NCBI GenBank assembly: GCA_964106645.2 | Contig: OZ067043.1 | Source of the DNA: Podarcis pityusensis | Lineage: Eukaryota | DNA: 64,000 bases | Reading direction: 5' to 3' (one strand) | Part shown: piece after piece, positions 1 through 12,325 of the stretch | How the letters are laid out: the number at the start of each line of letters is the position of its first letter | Position numbering within the stretch: the stretch's first letter is position 1 | The notes under the pieces: model-generated | The model's database searches: none | Told to the model about the DNA's origin: nothing | The model's input: only the letters and a program-made list of their open reading frames with translations | Translations under genes and position numbers: made by a program

Positions 1-120
1 CTGGTTTGTGTCGTAAGCTTCTTTTGTGTTTTTGTCTGTCTGTGCGAGACCTGCAGCTGCTGAACTCAGCTTTGCCTTTAATTAAACCATGTTCTCTACA
101 GCCAGCCTTGTGTAGTTACA
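1..120 (+). other. Possible 3' end of a convergent plus-strand gene (SMG7 by synteny): ATTAAA at 81-86 followed by a GU-rich tract
   Basis: ATTAAA plus downstream ttgtgtagtt. Gene identity is inferred only from human gene order SMG7(+)/NCF2(-). Confidence 0.3.
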
Positions 121-532
121 TCTTCTTTCATCACTGAGCTGCAATTGAAAACTGTATTGTTTCTCCGCCCCCCAAAAGAGGAAGTGCTAAATTATGACAT
201 CTTACTCTGTTCAGTAGTGAAAGGGGTTTATAGTGCAGTGAAAGCTTTGACTGCACTTAAGCATCTAGGTGGGGACAAGTCCAGAGCAGACTAGGTTGCA
301 GTCTCGATGCCAAGCAAAATATTATCTCCTGTTTGATTTCAGCTGGTGATGACAAAATGCTAGAGGCATACACATTACTAAATAGTTTTCCAGAACTTGG
401 ATACTATAAATATCTAATGTTAACTCTTTGTAACTGGAGTGAAAATGCCAGCCCTTTTTACTAAGGAGTCATTTCATGATTTCTTTAAGTCTGAGTGGTA
501 ATACAGAGACACACACTAAAGAACAATGCAGT

Positions 533-538
533 TTTATT
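533..538 (-). terminator. Candidate NCF2 polyadenylation signal (AATAAA); alternative at 619-624
   Basis: tttatt on the plus strand, ~780 nt downstream of the stop codon. Confidence 0.45.
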
Positions 539-1315
539 GATAAAATGACAGAACTGCAGCTTTTTGTGGAAACTTCAAACATCTAAAAGTTACTGAGAGC
601 TTTACTGGCTTTCAAGGATTTATTAAGCATTTCAAAATGTAGCTGTCATTATGGAAAGGCATTGCAGAGTAACTAAACCACTGATTATTAATCACCTGGA
701 AGCTGAATTCTTGTAAACCAACTTTTCATGACTGTTAACTAGGATTCCCAGGTTGTATCCCAGAGACACACATGCAGTTAAGAAAAACAACCAAAACTCT
801 TTGGCTGCAGGACATGAGAGGCCTTGTAGCTTCTCCTGCACCTTTTGTTTCATCTTGAATAAGGTGCCCTGATTGATAAATAAGGTGTTACCCTTATAGC
901 AGCAAGAGGGTGCAGAACAGACTTCAGAAGCCAAGGGTGATTCATCTTAGAGAATTTAAAGCTGTGTGCATGTCCTCTATAGACTGTGACCTGGGAACCC
1001 CAACCAGAAACTGAAATGGACAACCATGATATCTGCTGTTGCTGTAACTATTATGACTGGGCATAGAAGGATCAACCCAACAGTTTTTTCATATAACCAA
1101 TTTGGCTCATGCTTTAGCTAGGAGATGAGTTTTAAAAAACCCAGTGCAGACGTCAATGGATATTCATTTAAGCAGAATATAAAATTCAAAAAATAAGATA
1201 AATCAATCCCTAGAAGATTCAGCGAACATGGATTAAATGTCTTATAATGGGATGAGTTGCCTTCAGAGGAAAACGCATCGGGGTCCTCTTGGTTCTTTGT
1301 AGGGTTTTGAGCTTG

Positions 1316-1425
1316 TTACACTGTAGAAAGAGATTTGGGATCTTGGCTGCTGTCTTCTTCAACAAAGGCTTTGGGGAAAATGCCAACTTTTCCATTGCAC
1401 TCCCCTTCCAGCCAATCATCATTCA
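1316..1425 (-). CDS. NCF2: NCF2 last coding exon (SH3-B C-terminal part, stop TAA)
   Basis: [36 protein letters not shown]; total CDS 1548 nt = 515 aa. Confidence 0.95.
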
Positions 1426-4015
1426 CTAGAAGATGAAATAACATTGTGTTAGAGTCACAAACTTAGTCCATTAATGGGCAAGAATCAGGAAGAGGTGGAA
1501 TGTAAAGAATCCAACCAGAATCTGCAGTGCCTTCGAGAAATGCAACCAAGATGTAAAGGAGAATGGATCTCCTTGTGCCTCTCATAGTTTTGCAGCAGAG
1601 GAAATTTTTGAAGGTACGACTTCTCTTATCCCAACATGACAAGTTGCACTTATCAGTTGCTTCACGACTCCTGAAGGTACAGAGGCCGTGACCCCTCTTG
1701 TTGCTAGATACCTTTCATGTCAGAACAAGGACTGGGAATAATGGAGAGCCAGATCATCTGCTCAGTACTTGATACTCATAAAGGACTAAGAATTATAATT
1801 GTGTGTGTTTTTGTACAGTTAAGTAGGAACAGACTAACCATCTTCCTCTGTTAACATTGCTACATCTGTTAACATCTGAAATACTGCCTCTCGGCAGTAT
1901 TTTGAGAGGGGAAGCTTTTTGCCTCCCTCAAGCTGTGTTGCTGAAAATGCCATTCAGGGCTGCACTGAGTGGACTGAGTGGAGCTCTTTGGCTCTTCCAG
2001 TGCCAATATAGTCTACCTTTAGAGAAACTGAAATTAAAATAATGGGGTCTTGTTAGAAGAAAACCACTTGCAGCATAAATGGCAGGTGAAAACTCAAAGA
2101 ATGAGGTTGCAGAAATAACTTGGAGAATTATTGGATCATTACGAAGTCTAAGGTCCAGATACACGTAAACATAACAAACCAACCACAGGCTGTTTCCCCT
2201 GCAAGTCTTACTGAGAAGTCATAGCTGATACACCAGAAAAATAAGGACGTTCTACAGCAACGGCTTTCAGATGTCTTACAGAACAGAGAGTCCCTTCAAT
2301 AAGATGTTTGGGGAAGCATCTGAGGAAGAGTACCTTGGCTTCTTTGGTACTTTGCTATCCTACAGTGGGTTCCCTTAACAGCCTTATCAAAACAGTGGGT
2401 GGTCTTTGAACTGCCCTTCTTATTTTATCTGCGGATGGAGAATATGATGAGACACAGAATTATCCAGGTGGAGGCAGACAAGTTCTGTTAGAATTTTCAA
2501 AAGCACACTCACCCATCTACTTTGGTATTGTGAAACTAGGATGTCTGTTTAGCATAAGTAATTTCGTATGGAACAGGAAGTATACTGAGCAACAAATTGC
2601 TGTGTATATGGTTATTTTCTTACTTGTATAATGGTTTTGTCCTGAGCTCTTTTCTGCCATTTCCTGACATGCAAAGATGAGCATAAGATGGTTGAACTTT
2701 CATATAGGATATATTCCACAACAAGATGCAATTTCCCCTTCCCATTGGCCTGTGAAGCTATTCTTCCCCTCTACATGGAGCAACCCTCATGGCTTCAAGC
2801 CACTAAATGTGTTCTTGATGGTTCCTCAAGCTCTCTTGACCAGCATAGTTTGTGTGATAAGATGGCAATGGCCAAAACAGAATATGGAGTTTTGTGACAG
2901 CAGGAATTTGTTTCCTACCAGTGGAAGCCAATTTGCTTTCAGGTGACTGCTGATTGAATCAGTGATTGTTTCCCAACCTACAAAACGCAATTGAATTGAG
3001 AAGTGTGGGAAAGTGTTATACAGTGATGGTCGTGAATTCTCTAATAAATGTGAGAAGTTCAAGCTTGATTCCCAGCAAGAGGCAGCTGGCTTTTCTGCCA
3101 TGCATGCCCAGCCTTAAATTGTCAGATTACAGCCTAGCAATCATGTTTGCTACCTTAAAACACATGAGCAGCGTAGCTGAACTATAACTCCCACCATCCT
3201 TGGCCAATAGCCAGGCTGGATGTGGCCGATGGGAGTTTAATCTACCAACTCCTGTAGGGCCACAGGTTTTACACCACTTCTTTAAAGGTCATGAGGTAGC
3301 AAGAGAGAATGCAGCTGCAACACCTCCTGCCCCATTCCTTCGCTGATCTTTGTGTCTGCCCTTTTTCCAGTACTTGCTGGAACGAGCATGAGCATTGGGA
3401 CTACTCCATAGCATAGGTGAGTGAGATGACCAGTGGGGGAATTAGAGCAGGATGTCTAGAATCCTCCTGCATCAGATGGTTTAAAGCTAGAAGCAGGACC
3501 TCCAGGTTGCAGTCTGGCAATTCTGCATCTCTTGGTCCATGGGAGCTAAAAAGGAGAAGGAGCCCAGAAGAGAAGGGCAGTAGTAGCTGTAGAAGATGCA
3601 AGGGGCCCATAGTTGCCAGTTTTTGACTTAAGCAGCCTGGTGCTCTCCTGATGATGGTGGGGTCCAAAATGGAGGGCAGAAGGATTAGCAAGTGGTACCA
3701 GCACCACTTTCTGAAAGAGCTCTTGACCCTAAGGAAGAGGTCTTCTGCATGGTTCTTGGGCTTAGAAACCTCGATACACATGCCTGATACAGGTCATGGC
3801 CTTCAAGTACTGCATGTTCACACTCTTGAAGAAAACACAGTGAATATAGCAAATTATAGGTTAGAATTGATTCGTCAAGAAAATGAATTGGCATCCTTGA
3901 AGTTCTCTCAATAGATGCGAGTTATGGCAACTTTTGCGTAATGTCCCAAAATTGTGTAGGGTGGTAGATCCCCCATGTATGGTTAATAAGGTTCTCTGAT
4001 TTAGGGTTAGTTTAC

Positions 4016-4178
4016 CTTTAGCCAGAACAAGTATTGTCTCCCCCTGTTGGAATTCCAAGTCCTCTGGCTGGCTGGCTTCATAAGTATACCGTGCTACAAC
4101 CTGTTTGGCATCTGTCTGTTTTGTTATCTTCTGCTCAGCCTCCTTTCCATCTTCCATATTTAGATTGTCTTTGCCTGC
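4016..4178 (-). CDS. NCF2: NCF2 coding exon 14 (SH3-B N-terminal part)
   Basis: AGKDNLNMEDGKEAEQKITKQTDAKQVVARYTYEASQPEDLEFQQGETILVLAK; 163 nt; acceptor chosen by frame; donor gtaaac. Confidence 0.9.
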
Positions 4179-6280
4179 CTGGTGTAAGAAACAGCCAGTT
4201 CAAACATCTCTTTAGCCATTTCCTTAATTAGCAGTACATTAAAAAAACAAGCAAGCCTCCCACGTTCTTCATATCTATCTAATACTGCTGTAAAAATGCA
4301 AGATTTTCAGTTAATCTTGCACCTGCAACTGGAAAATCTTCATCAGGATTAACAGAAATTAAGTCATTCACAGAGCCAGTATTAGGCCTCCTCTCTCATG
4401 TTTTCACGTGGATATCATGTTTGTATGCTGAAGTTCAGCAGAGTCCCGAACTTTTTTTAGAGGGGTTGGGGCAAATGGTTTGGAAACATCAGGTGTCTGA
4501 GGCACAATTCCATCCCTTCAAAGCAGGAAGGGCTGTGTTTACAATGGGCAAGAGAGCGCTACCTCCTATCAGAGGAGCCTGCCCACTATGTTTCTATATG
4601 ACACTCTGTTCTGGGCATTCAGGTAACGCCGTGTTGGGAGTGATCAAAATATCAAGTTGTGTGCAGCGGATTTACCCACCTGCAGGGGCATCTGACAGGA
4701 AAGGTCCCAAGTCCAGAGCAATGAACTGTGCAGAAAAACCCATCCGTCTTGAGAAACAATGGATTGTGTCTCCAAGGGTGAAGTCAAACTGCTGAGTTAG
4801 CAGCAGCAAAGTGACCTCTCCAGGGTGCAAGCCTGGGCAGTGTGTATGGAGATCCTGGGCTGTCCAGACGACAAGACCACTCTCTTGGCCTTGCTGACGT
4901 GATCCAAAGGAAAGCAGAGCAATATCCTTGACACCAGCTTGGCAGCCTCATCCTACTTCCATGTATCCCACCTTAGTCACAATTGTATGGGCAAGGGAAA
5001 AGATGAGTTGTGTACTGGGAAAGAGGTGAGAGTTGCTAAGAAGCCAGCAAACAGCTCAGCACAACACTTCTACCAACCTTGCCATCATCTCCTGGTCCCT
5101 TGCTGTGCAAAATGTGCACCAAACCTCTATAGGTTCACACTTACTGAGGCCAGCTTATTGAGGGAATGATCTGTTTTCAATTTCTTCCACACACAAGCTG
5201 TAGATTCCAGAATATTCCTGGAATGCTGGCCACCAGATAGGAGCTAATTTTTACTTTTGGCTTTGGAAATCTCTTGAGATTTATATCCAGGACTATTCTG
5301 CCCCTTGGAAATACAAATGTCAGATGAAGAAAATAAATCTTGTGCTTTAAAGTGTTGTATGCTTTTGCCTAATGACTGGGATCCAAAGAACTGTGCAGCT
5401 AATTGTGCAAGACCAAGGCAGCAGTTTTAGGCTTGTATTAAATAGAAACTTCCTGCCATGCCAGATGGCAACTTCTTTCCAAAATGCCTGCAGTTCAGTA
5501 GAAATAAAAATGTTCAACTGGACATGCCCATTCAGCAATTTTGGATCTGTGTGTAGTTTTCATGCATGTACTTTGGATGCTTTTTCCACCCTGAACTGCG
5601 AGTGTTTTATTCAGTGAAGGCAGGGTGATGGCAAGCAGGAGAAGAGGTGAGGCAAAGGTGATTGTCAGTACTTTTGCAGGTGGTATACACAGGTTTATTT
5701 TCACACACACACTTTTTTTCTTCTTCTTTTTTTGCTTTGCCCACAAAGGTTAGACTGAGAATCAAGTTGGCAATGGCCATGAAGTGAACTTAGTTTGATT
5801 TGAACCCAGGTTTCCAAGATCACACTTGGTACACACTCCACTGTGGGCACAGTTAGGGGACAAAAATGAAAGCTCTGCTGCAGTTCTCTCTCTTCCAATC
5901 AATAGACTGGGATATTTTCAAATATTTATCCACCAACATCACTGATGCCATCAAGTCAATTCATAACTATAAAAAGCTAAATATAAGCAATGTTTAATTA
6001 AAGTGAATGGGTTTTTTTTAAATAAAAAAGCCAATTATAAATATTAAAGTGCCTGTCAATTATCCCATTGCCAGTGTTCTCGTAGGCCAGATTGCAGGAA
6101 GAAAGGAGGAAACAGGGCTTCTTTCTGAGTGACTGAGCAGGAAAACACCTGCACATTTTGCTATTCTGGTTAACAAGGGTTAATAAATAGAAGCTGGACT
6201 TTCAGCAAAGGGCTCTGAAATATTTTGGGGAAGTGGGCGGAGATTGGTGACAGAATGCCTTCTGCTCCAGTATTGCCTAC

Positions 6281-6395
6281 CTGCTCACTGCTGCACCACA
6301 ATGTCAAGCACTTGTCCCTGGCATGAGTCCACACGGTCTCCATCCTGCTATCCTCACTGAGCAGCACCAGTTCCTTGCTGTCTGTAGGTCGGTAG
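6281..6395 (-). CDS. NCF2: NCF2 coding exon 13 (PB1 C-terminal part)
   Basis: YRPTDSKELVLLSEDSRMETVWTHARDKCLTLWCSSEQ; 115 nt; preceded by a 97-nt intron. Confidence 0.94.
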
Positions 6396-6492
6396 CTGAA
6401 CAACAGACAGCAGAAACAAGTGAATACAGAAGCATCCCTCTCTCCTCAGTCGAGGTGGATTTGGCAACGGGAGGCCAGGGCGCATCTCCTAC

Positions 6493-6638
6493 CTCAGTTT
6501 CGTGTGCTGGGGTGAGAGTCCCAGCTTCAGGCACACTTTCTCCAGGAGGCTGCAGTAGGACATCTCAGGGCTCCCTTGCAGGGCGATGGTGTATTTGTAA
6601 TGCACTTTGACAATGTAGGGGGTGTCAAGGCCAATGAA
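6493..6638 (-). CDS. NCF2: NCF2 coding exon 12 (PB1)
   Basis: FIGLDTPYIVKVHYKYTIALQGSPEMSYCSLLEKVCLKLGLSPQHTKLS; 146 nt; ag/gtagga. Confidence 0.94.
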
Positions 6639-7609
6639 CTGTAGGAGGAGGGAAATGGTACAGGAGTGCCATGGTCTTTTAATTTTTCAAAAATAAGTTG
6701 AAATGAGTTCTCAGGATCCGGTTCAGCAGAAGGGAAAGAGTGCTTAATTTCTGAAGCAAATGGTGATGTACTGGGAACTCTGCCATGAGATGGAATCCTT
6801 GTCCTTTAAAAATCTAAAGTTTGTATATGCTCAGAGGCAACTTGTTATTTATTTACAATCTTTACAACACCATCCAATTGCAAAATTCTATGGGGAGCTC
6901 ATGCTATTACAATGATAGCCCATAAAAGCAAAGACTAAAAAAGGAAGTAGCAAAATCAGTATAACTAAGGGCCAGTAAAAGCAAAAAGCTTCTCACCTCT
7001 GCCCAAAAAACCAGGAAGTAGGCACCAGAGGAGCATCTCAGTCAGTGTGTTCCTACCGAAAAGGCCTTCTGCCTCATAGACACACAGCAAAGATCACCAG
7101 AACATGGATAATGGAAACAAGACTCTCTCTGTCCAGGTAGGTCGCATATCAGTCTAAGCTGCTAAAATGTGTTCAGAGGTCACTGGGGCCTCTAATCACA
7201 CTGCTGGGTTAAAAAGCACCTCTGGGTGGCAAACATGACCCTTTACTGCAAGACTGGAGAACCTACGACCCCCGCAAATCCCTTCAGCCTCAGTCAGGGG
7301 TAATGGTAACTGTAGTCCCAGCAACATCTGGAGGAGCACAGGCTCCCTATCCCTGCTTTTGGGGGCTGGGGGAGTAACAAACCCCATTAGAACAAATTGA
7401 ATACCACCCACAAACATCCATCTAGTCTGGGCTGAACCACAGTTTAGTGAGCCTCAACCAGTCCGTTACTGTGCCTAGGTACTGATTTAGCACACCCTGT
7501 GCCACACCTGAGCTTGATGAAAGAGAGAGAACACTTGGTGTCACTCGCATCTTGGTGACATCTCAGTCGAACTCTGGATTACCTCTTCCAGTGGTTTCAG
7601 GTAGCTGTT

Positions 7610-7880
7610 AAAGGGCATGGGTGATAGAACAGAACCCTGTAGGACCCCAAAGCATAATTACTGGATGGGGAAAGGGAGGGACTTGTTGATCACCAAGCCC
7701 ACAGCTATACCTTCTGTAGCTGGTCCTCCAAGGAGCAGAACCACTGCAGAAAGTTGCCTCCAACATGAATATTACAGTCCACAGGGATATCCTGGTATGA
7801 CAAGCCATGGAGAGGTCCAAGAGAATCAACAGGCTTGTCTTTCCCACTCTCTCTCATGGCAAAGATCATCCCACAGGATG
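7610..7880 (-). mobile_element. Degraded L2 RT fragment
   Basis: SLLILLDLSMA and a GVPQGS-like remnant (ggggtcctacagggttct). Confidence 0.55.
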
Positions 7881-8084
7881 GCAAATCAGGCTTGAAAGCC
7901 AACTTAAATGGATCTCGAACATCAGTGAAATCAAAGTTAGTTGACTGGTAATCCCTAAGGTTTTTATTTTAAATTTTGACTTCAAGGAAAATTGGCATGG
8001 TTAAAGGATGAGTGGCTGGGCTACAAAACCAAGGGTAACCGCAAGAGCTATTTCTTTGTATGCCATTTGTTTATCAATACAAAA

Positions 8085-8430
8085 GCTTCGGCCCAGTATA
8101 CCTGAAGGAGTGTCTCTACCCCCATTGTTCAACCCAGACACTGAGGTCCAGCTCCAAGGGCCTTCATTGCAAGAAGTGTGGTTACAGGAACCAGGCAAGA
8201 GGGCCTTCTCAGTAGTGGCGCCTGCCCTCTGGAATGTCCTCCCATCAGATGTCAAACAAGTAAACAACTATCTGATTTTTTGAAGACATCTGAAGGCAGC
8301 CTTGTATAGGGGGGGTTTTACTTTTGATATTTTATGATGGTTTTATAATTTGTTGGAAATGCCCAGAATGGCTGAACAACCCAGTCAGATGGGTGGCATA
8401 TAATTTATTGTTGTTGTTGTTGTTATTTAT
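8085..8430 (+). mobile_element. L2-type 3' end fragment; related copies at ~22365-22515 (+) and ~40833-40968 (-)
   Basis: RAFSVVAPALWNVLP motif; shared gcagcc(c/t)tgtataggg...gcaacccagtcagatggg tail. Confidence 0.7.
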
Positions 8431-8639
8431 TACATATGGACACTGAACTATCAAAATTGAAATCAAAACTCTGGGGCCCTTAGGTTTCCAGTTGGCCATG
8501 TTCAAATGCAGAGTGTGAGAACTTCCCAGCCCCAGCCCTGCCTCAATTTGTTTTGGTTCAGTTATGCGTCAATACATCACACAAAGTCTTAGGCTTGTGT
8601 CCCATGTCCAGAAGCTCACACTGCAAGGTGGTCATTTAC

Positions 8640-8659
8640 CTGTGGTGCTCTTTCCTCAT
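8640..8659 (-). CDS. NCF2: NCF2 coding exon 11 (20-nt microexon)
   Basis: ttcttccag|AT GAG GAA AGA GCA CCA CAG|gtaaat = (D)EERAPQ; needed to restore frame between exons 10 and 12. Confidence 0.78.
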
Positions 8660-8994
8660 CTGGAAGAAAAAGAAGAGCAGTTTTGTGAGCAGGGAATAAC
8701 CAAAAAAATGTTATTGGGTGCTACACAGGCAGTGGCTGTTGCTCTCAGCGTGATTTAGAACCATACAAAATTGGTGTTCTAAATCATGCAGAGAAGGCTC
8801 CCCACTTCAGAAACTTCACTTTCACTCCAACTCATAAAGAGTGATGGGCAAAGTGACGGGGAGAGAGGGAAGAGCTTAGTACATTTGTCCCTCTTTCTGT
8901 GTAGTCTTTATACTTCTGCAGAATGCCAAGTAGAGCTACTGTCATATATGCATTGGACCTTAGAAAGGATTCACTGTCTGTCACTCTTACTTAC

Positions 8995-9073
8995 CTGAGG
9001 GACACCTCTCAGGGCAATCTGGGGCAGCAAAGCTGGGTGGAGGAGGGATGTCAACATCTGCACCAATTCCTTG
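8995..9073 (-). CDS. NCF2: NCF2 coding exon 10 (linker)
   Basis: QGIGADVDIPPPPSFAAPDCPERCPS, resembling human DIPAPPSSKAP; 79 nt; ag/gtaagt. Confidence 0.88.
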
Positions 9074-10093
9074 CTGTATGAAATGGAAACAAGCATGACT
9101 GTCATGCATCGCAGAAATAAGCAATGCAAAATACGCAAGGCAGCCCCTCTTTGTTGGAAGCGAAAGAACAGGCAAGAATTGGAGTAACACTGTAATATTC
9201 CACAGACAGAAAGTGTTTAACTTGATGGAAGAGTTTTAAACTTGAAACCTTGCCTAATCGTTCACCAACAAGTTATCCAGTTAACTATTCCAGGAGCCTG
9301 CAAATGAGCTTATATTAGATCCTGCCTATTGGGTTCTGAGAAGAACTTTTACATGCATAATCCAGTCACACACATTGTGCTCATGCCATTCCTTCAAAAA
9401 GAGACCATGTGAGAAGGCGATCATTTGACCCTCACTGTGCAGGGAGGGCTGAGTTCAAATCTCAGCTGTTCCTGGGCAAGTTATTATCTTCCCAGATGCT
9501 TTCCTTTGCCTGTGGGTTTTACAAACAGGGAAAGAAAAATATTAAATATAATGGTCTTATTATTGACAATTCAGAATATTTCCTCTGTAGCATTATCCAG
9601 GATTATCTGTTCCTTGTACTTTATATTTGCTCCTGTGATGATTTTGTATGTTTGCCTTATTTCTTTAGTGTTTTATAATTTAAGATGTATAGGTTGTTTT
9701 ATAAATGTGAAATTAAATGTCTATATTCCCAGACTTACTTTTCTATCCAGAATAATAACAAGAGACTAGACCAAATAATATATGGACCGTAAAGCAAAGT
9801 GTCCTGGTTGTAACAGCAAAAGTGGAAATAGACATAGGATAAGTGGAAATGAGTGGTGTGCATAATATTCAAGACACCTTACCCATCCACTAATGTTACA
9901 AGAGTAGCCATTTCCCTCCCTGACATCTTTGGCAGGGAAACACAGAATGTTGGTGATGTTGGTACATGGGTGAATAGGGCCAGGGTTACGGAGGGGAGAG
10001 GGGAACCAAACACACACTCCCATTTTTGGCAAGCAGCCTTGTATAAATTATCATGTCAAGTTTTGCCCTAAGAATTAATATTTATTCTCTTAC

Positions 10094-10153
10094 CTGGCCT
10101 GAAGAGAATGTCATTCCCATTGGCTCTAGGAAGTTGCAGGGTATGATCCCTTG
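10094..10153 (-). CDS. NCF2: NCF2 coding exon 9 (SH3-A C-terminal part)
   Basis: QGIIPCNFLEPMGMTFSSGQ (G.PCN.LEP SH3 motif); 60 nt; ag/gtaaga. Confidence 0.92.
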
Positions 10154-10484
10154 CTGTATGAAAAGCAAAACCAAGATATTGCTAGGAGGCAGGATGGTGT
10201 CAGAGTTGTACATTGTGGGCAAAGAAAAGACTCCAAGACTGCACACAGGGGGCTCTGTCACCCCTCCAGATTCTAATCTCCAGATTTTGAACGGCAGCAT
10301 TTTAACTTCACTGATTCACTCCATCAGGCCTAAGCAGGTCGCTTTACTTGAAAAGTTGCCTGCAGGTGCTGAGAGGTGGCTGGGGGGGGGGGGCGGGTCT
10401 CAGTTTCTTTCATCTCAGGGCAACTTCTCATACTCCCTTCTGATATTTTACCTAATTTTTGTGTAGTGCTTCCCTGCTGTGGGG

Positions 10485-10796
10485 AATCAAAGAATTGTAT
10501 AGTTGGAAGAGATCCTGAGGGACATCTAGATTCAGAAATCTCAACTAAAGCATCCATGACAGATGACCACTCCACCTCTGCTTAAAAACCTCCAAGGAAG
10601 GAGAGTCCACCACCTCTCATGACAGTCTGTTCCACTGTTGAACAGCTCTTCCTGATGTTTAGTCGGAATCACCTTTCTTGTAACTTAAATCCATTGATTC
10701 AGGTCCTAGCCTCTGGAGCAAGAGAAAACAAGCTTGCTCCATCTTTCATGTGACAGCCCTTCAGATATTATGGCTATCATATCTCCGCTTGGTCTT
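10485..10796 (-). mobile_element. CR1 LINE 3' fragment; resumes at 12326-12398 after the L2 insertion
   Basis: CR1 3' UTR signature; the continuation encodes [20 protein letters not shown]. Confidence 0.85.
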
Positions 10797-12325
10797 AATA
10801 ATAATAATAATAATAATAATAATTTTTATTTATACCCTGCCCTCCCCAGCCAAGGCCGGGCTCAGAGGGGCTTACAAGCAATAATAAAAACAAGTTAAAT
10901 GATTACAACTTAAAAACAAAATTAAAAAATACAACATTAAAATATTGAAACATTAAAATATTAAAATGTAGCCTCATCGCAGAGGGAGAAGGAAAAGAAA
11001 AAAGAAAGAGAGGGAGGGAATCAAATTGGCTCCAAGCCAAAGGCCAGGCGGAACAACTCTGTCTTACAGGCCCTGCGAAAAGAAATCAGATCCTTCAGGG
11101 CCCTGGTCTCATGAGGCAGAGCGTTCCACCAGGCCGGGGCCAGTGTTGAAAAGGCCCTGGCTCTGGTTGAGGCTAATCTAACTTCCTTAGGGCCCGGGAC
11201 CACTAGGGTGTTGCTATTTATGGACCTTGAGGCTCTCCGTGGGGCAGACCGGGAGAGGCGGTCCCATAGGTAAGAGGGTCCTAGGCCGTGAAGGGCTTTA
11301 AAGGTCAAAAGCAGCACCTTAAATCTGACCCTGTACTCTACCGGGAGCCAGTGCAGCTGGAAAAGCACTGGGTGAATATGCTCCCATGGCAGAGACCCCG
11401 TGAGGAGCCTCGCTGCAGCATTCTGCACCCTCTGGAGTTTCTGGGTCAGCTTCAAGGGCAGCCCCGCGTAGAGCGAATTACAGTAGTCAAGCCTGGAGAT
11501 GACCATCGCATGGATCACTGTGGCCAGGTCGGGGCGGGAAAGGTAAGGGACCAACTGCTTGATGCGGCGAAGGTGGAAAAATGTCGCCTTGGCTGTTGCT
11601 GTAACTTGCGCCTCCATGGAAAGGGAGGCGTCAAGGATTACACCCAAACTCTTAACGGAAGGCAATGGCATTAATTGGGCCCCCGCAAGAGAAGGGAGTT
11701 GGTCCCTCATCCCCATGCCATCCCGACCCAGCCATAGGACCGCTGTCTTCGAAGGATTTAGTTTCAATCGGCTCCCACGAAACCATCCAGCCACAGCTTC
11801 CAAGCATCTGGTCAGTGTGTTCGGGGCCGAGTCGGTGTGGCCATCCATCAGCAGATAGAGCTGAGTGTCATCAGCATATTGGTGACAGCCCAGCCCAAAG
11901 CTCCGGATAATCTGGGCAAGGGGGCACATAAAGATGTTAAAAAGCATTGGGGAGAGAATTGCGCCCTGCGGCACTCCACACACCAAGGAATGGCGCGACG
12001 ACATTTCCCTCCCTAGTGCCACCCTCTGTCCCCGACCAGAGATAAAAGAGCACAGCCAGTTACGGGCTATGCCCTGTATCCCCACGTCTGCGAGGCGGTG
12101 GTCCAGAAGATCATGATCGACCATGTCAAAGGCTGCTGACGAATCTAAAAGGATCACCAGTCCTGACCCGCCTTGATCCAGCTGTCTACGGAGATCGTCT
12201 GTTAGGGCAACCAGAGCCGTCTCGGTCCCAAAACCAGGACGGAAACCGGACTGAAATGGATCTAAAGCCGATGTTTCCTCCAGAAACCTACCAAGCTGTT
12301 CAGCAACCGCTCTCTCAATTACCTT
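10797..12325 (-). mobile_element. Young L2-clade LINE, 5'-truncated, with an uninterrupted RT C-terminal ORF
   Basis: QSGFR...GVPQGAILSP...QYADDTQL...SRLDYCNSL...LHWLPV to the native stop at 11021; (TTA)n tail. Confidence 0.92.

Noticed and set aside
1426-4015. High-complexity sequence with several 60-126 aa ORFs in the last NCF2 intron (possible retrocopy or viral insert)
   Set aside because: Frames inspected by hand have frequent stops and no recognisable motif; a BLASTX search would be needed to reopen it.
11288-12116. Plus-strand ORFs over the L2 (also 27364-27794 and 50740-51945 over other LINEs)
   Set aside because: Antisense shadows of RT coding frames.
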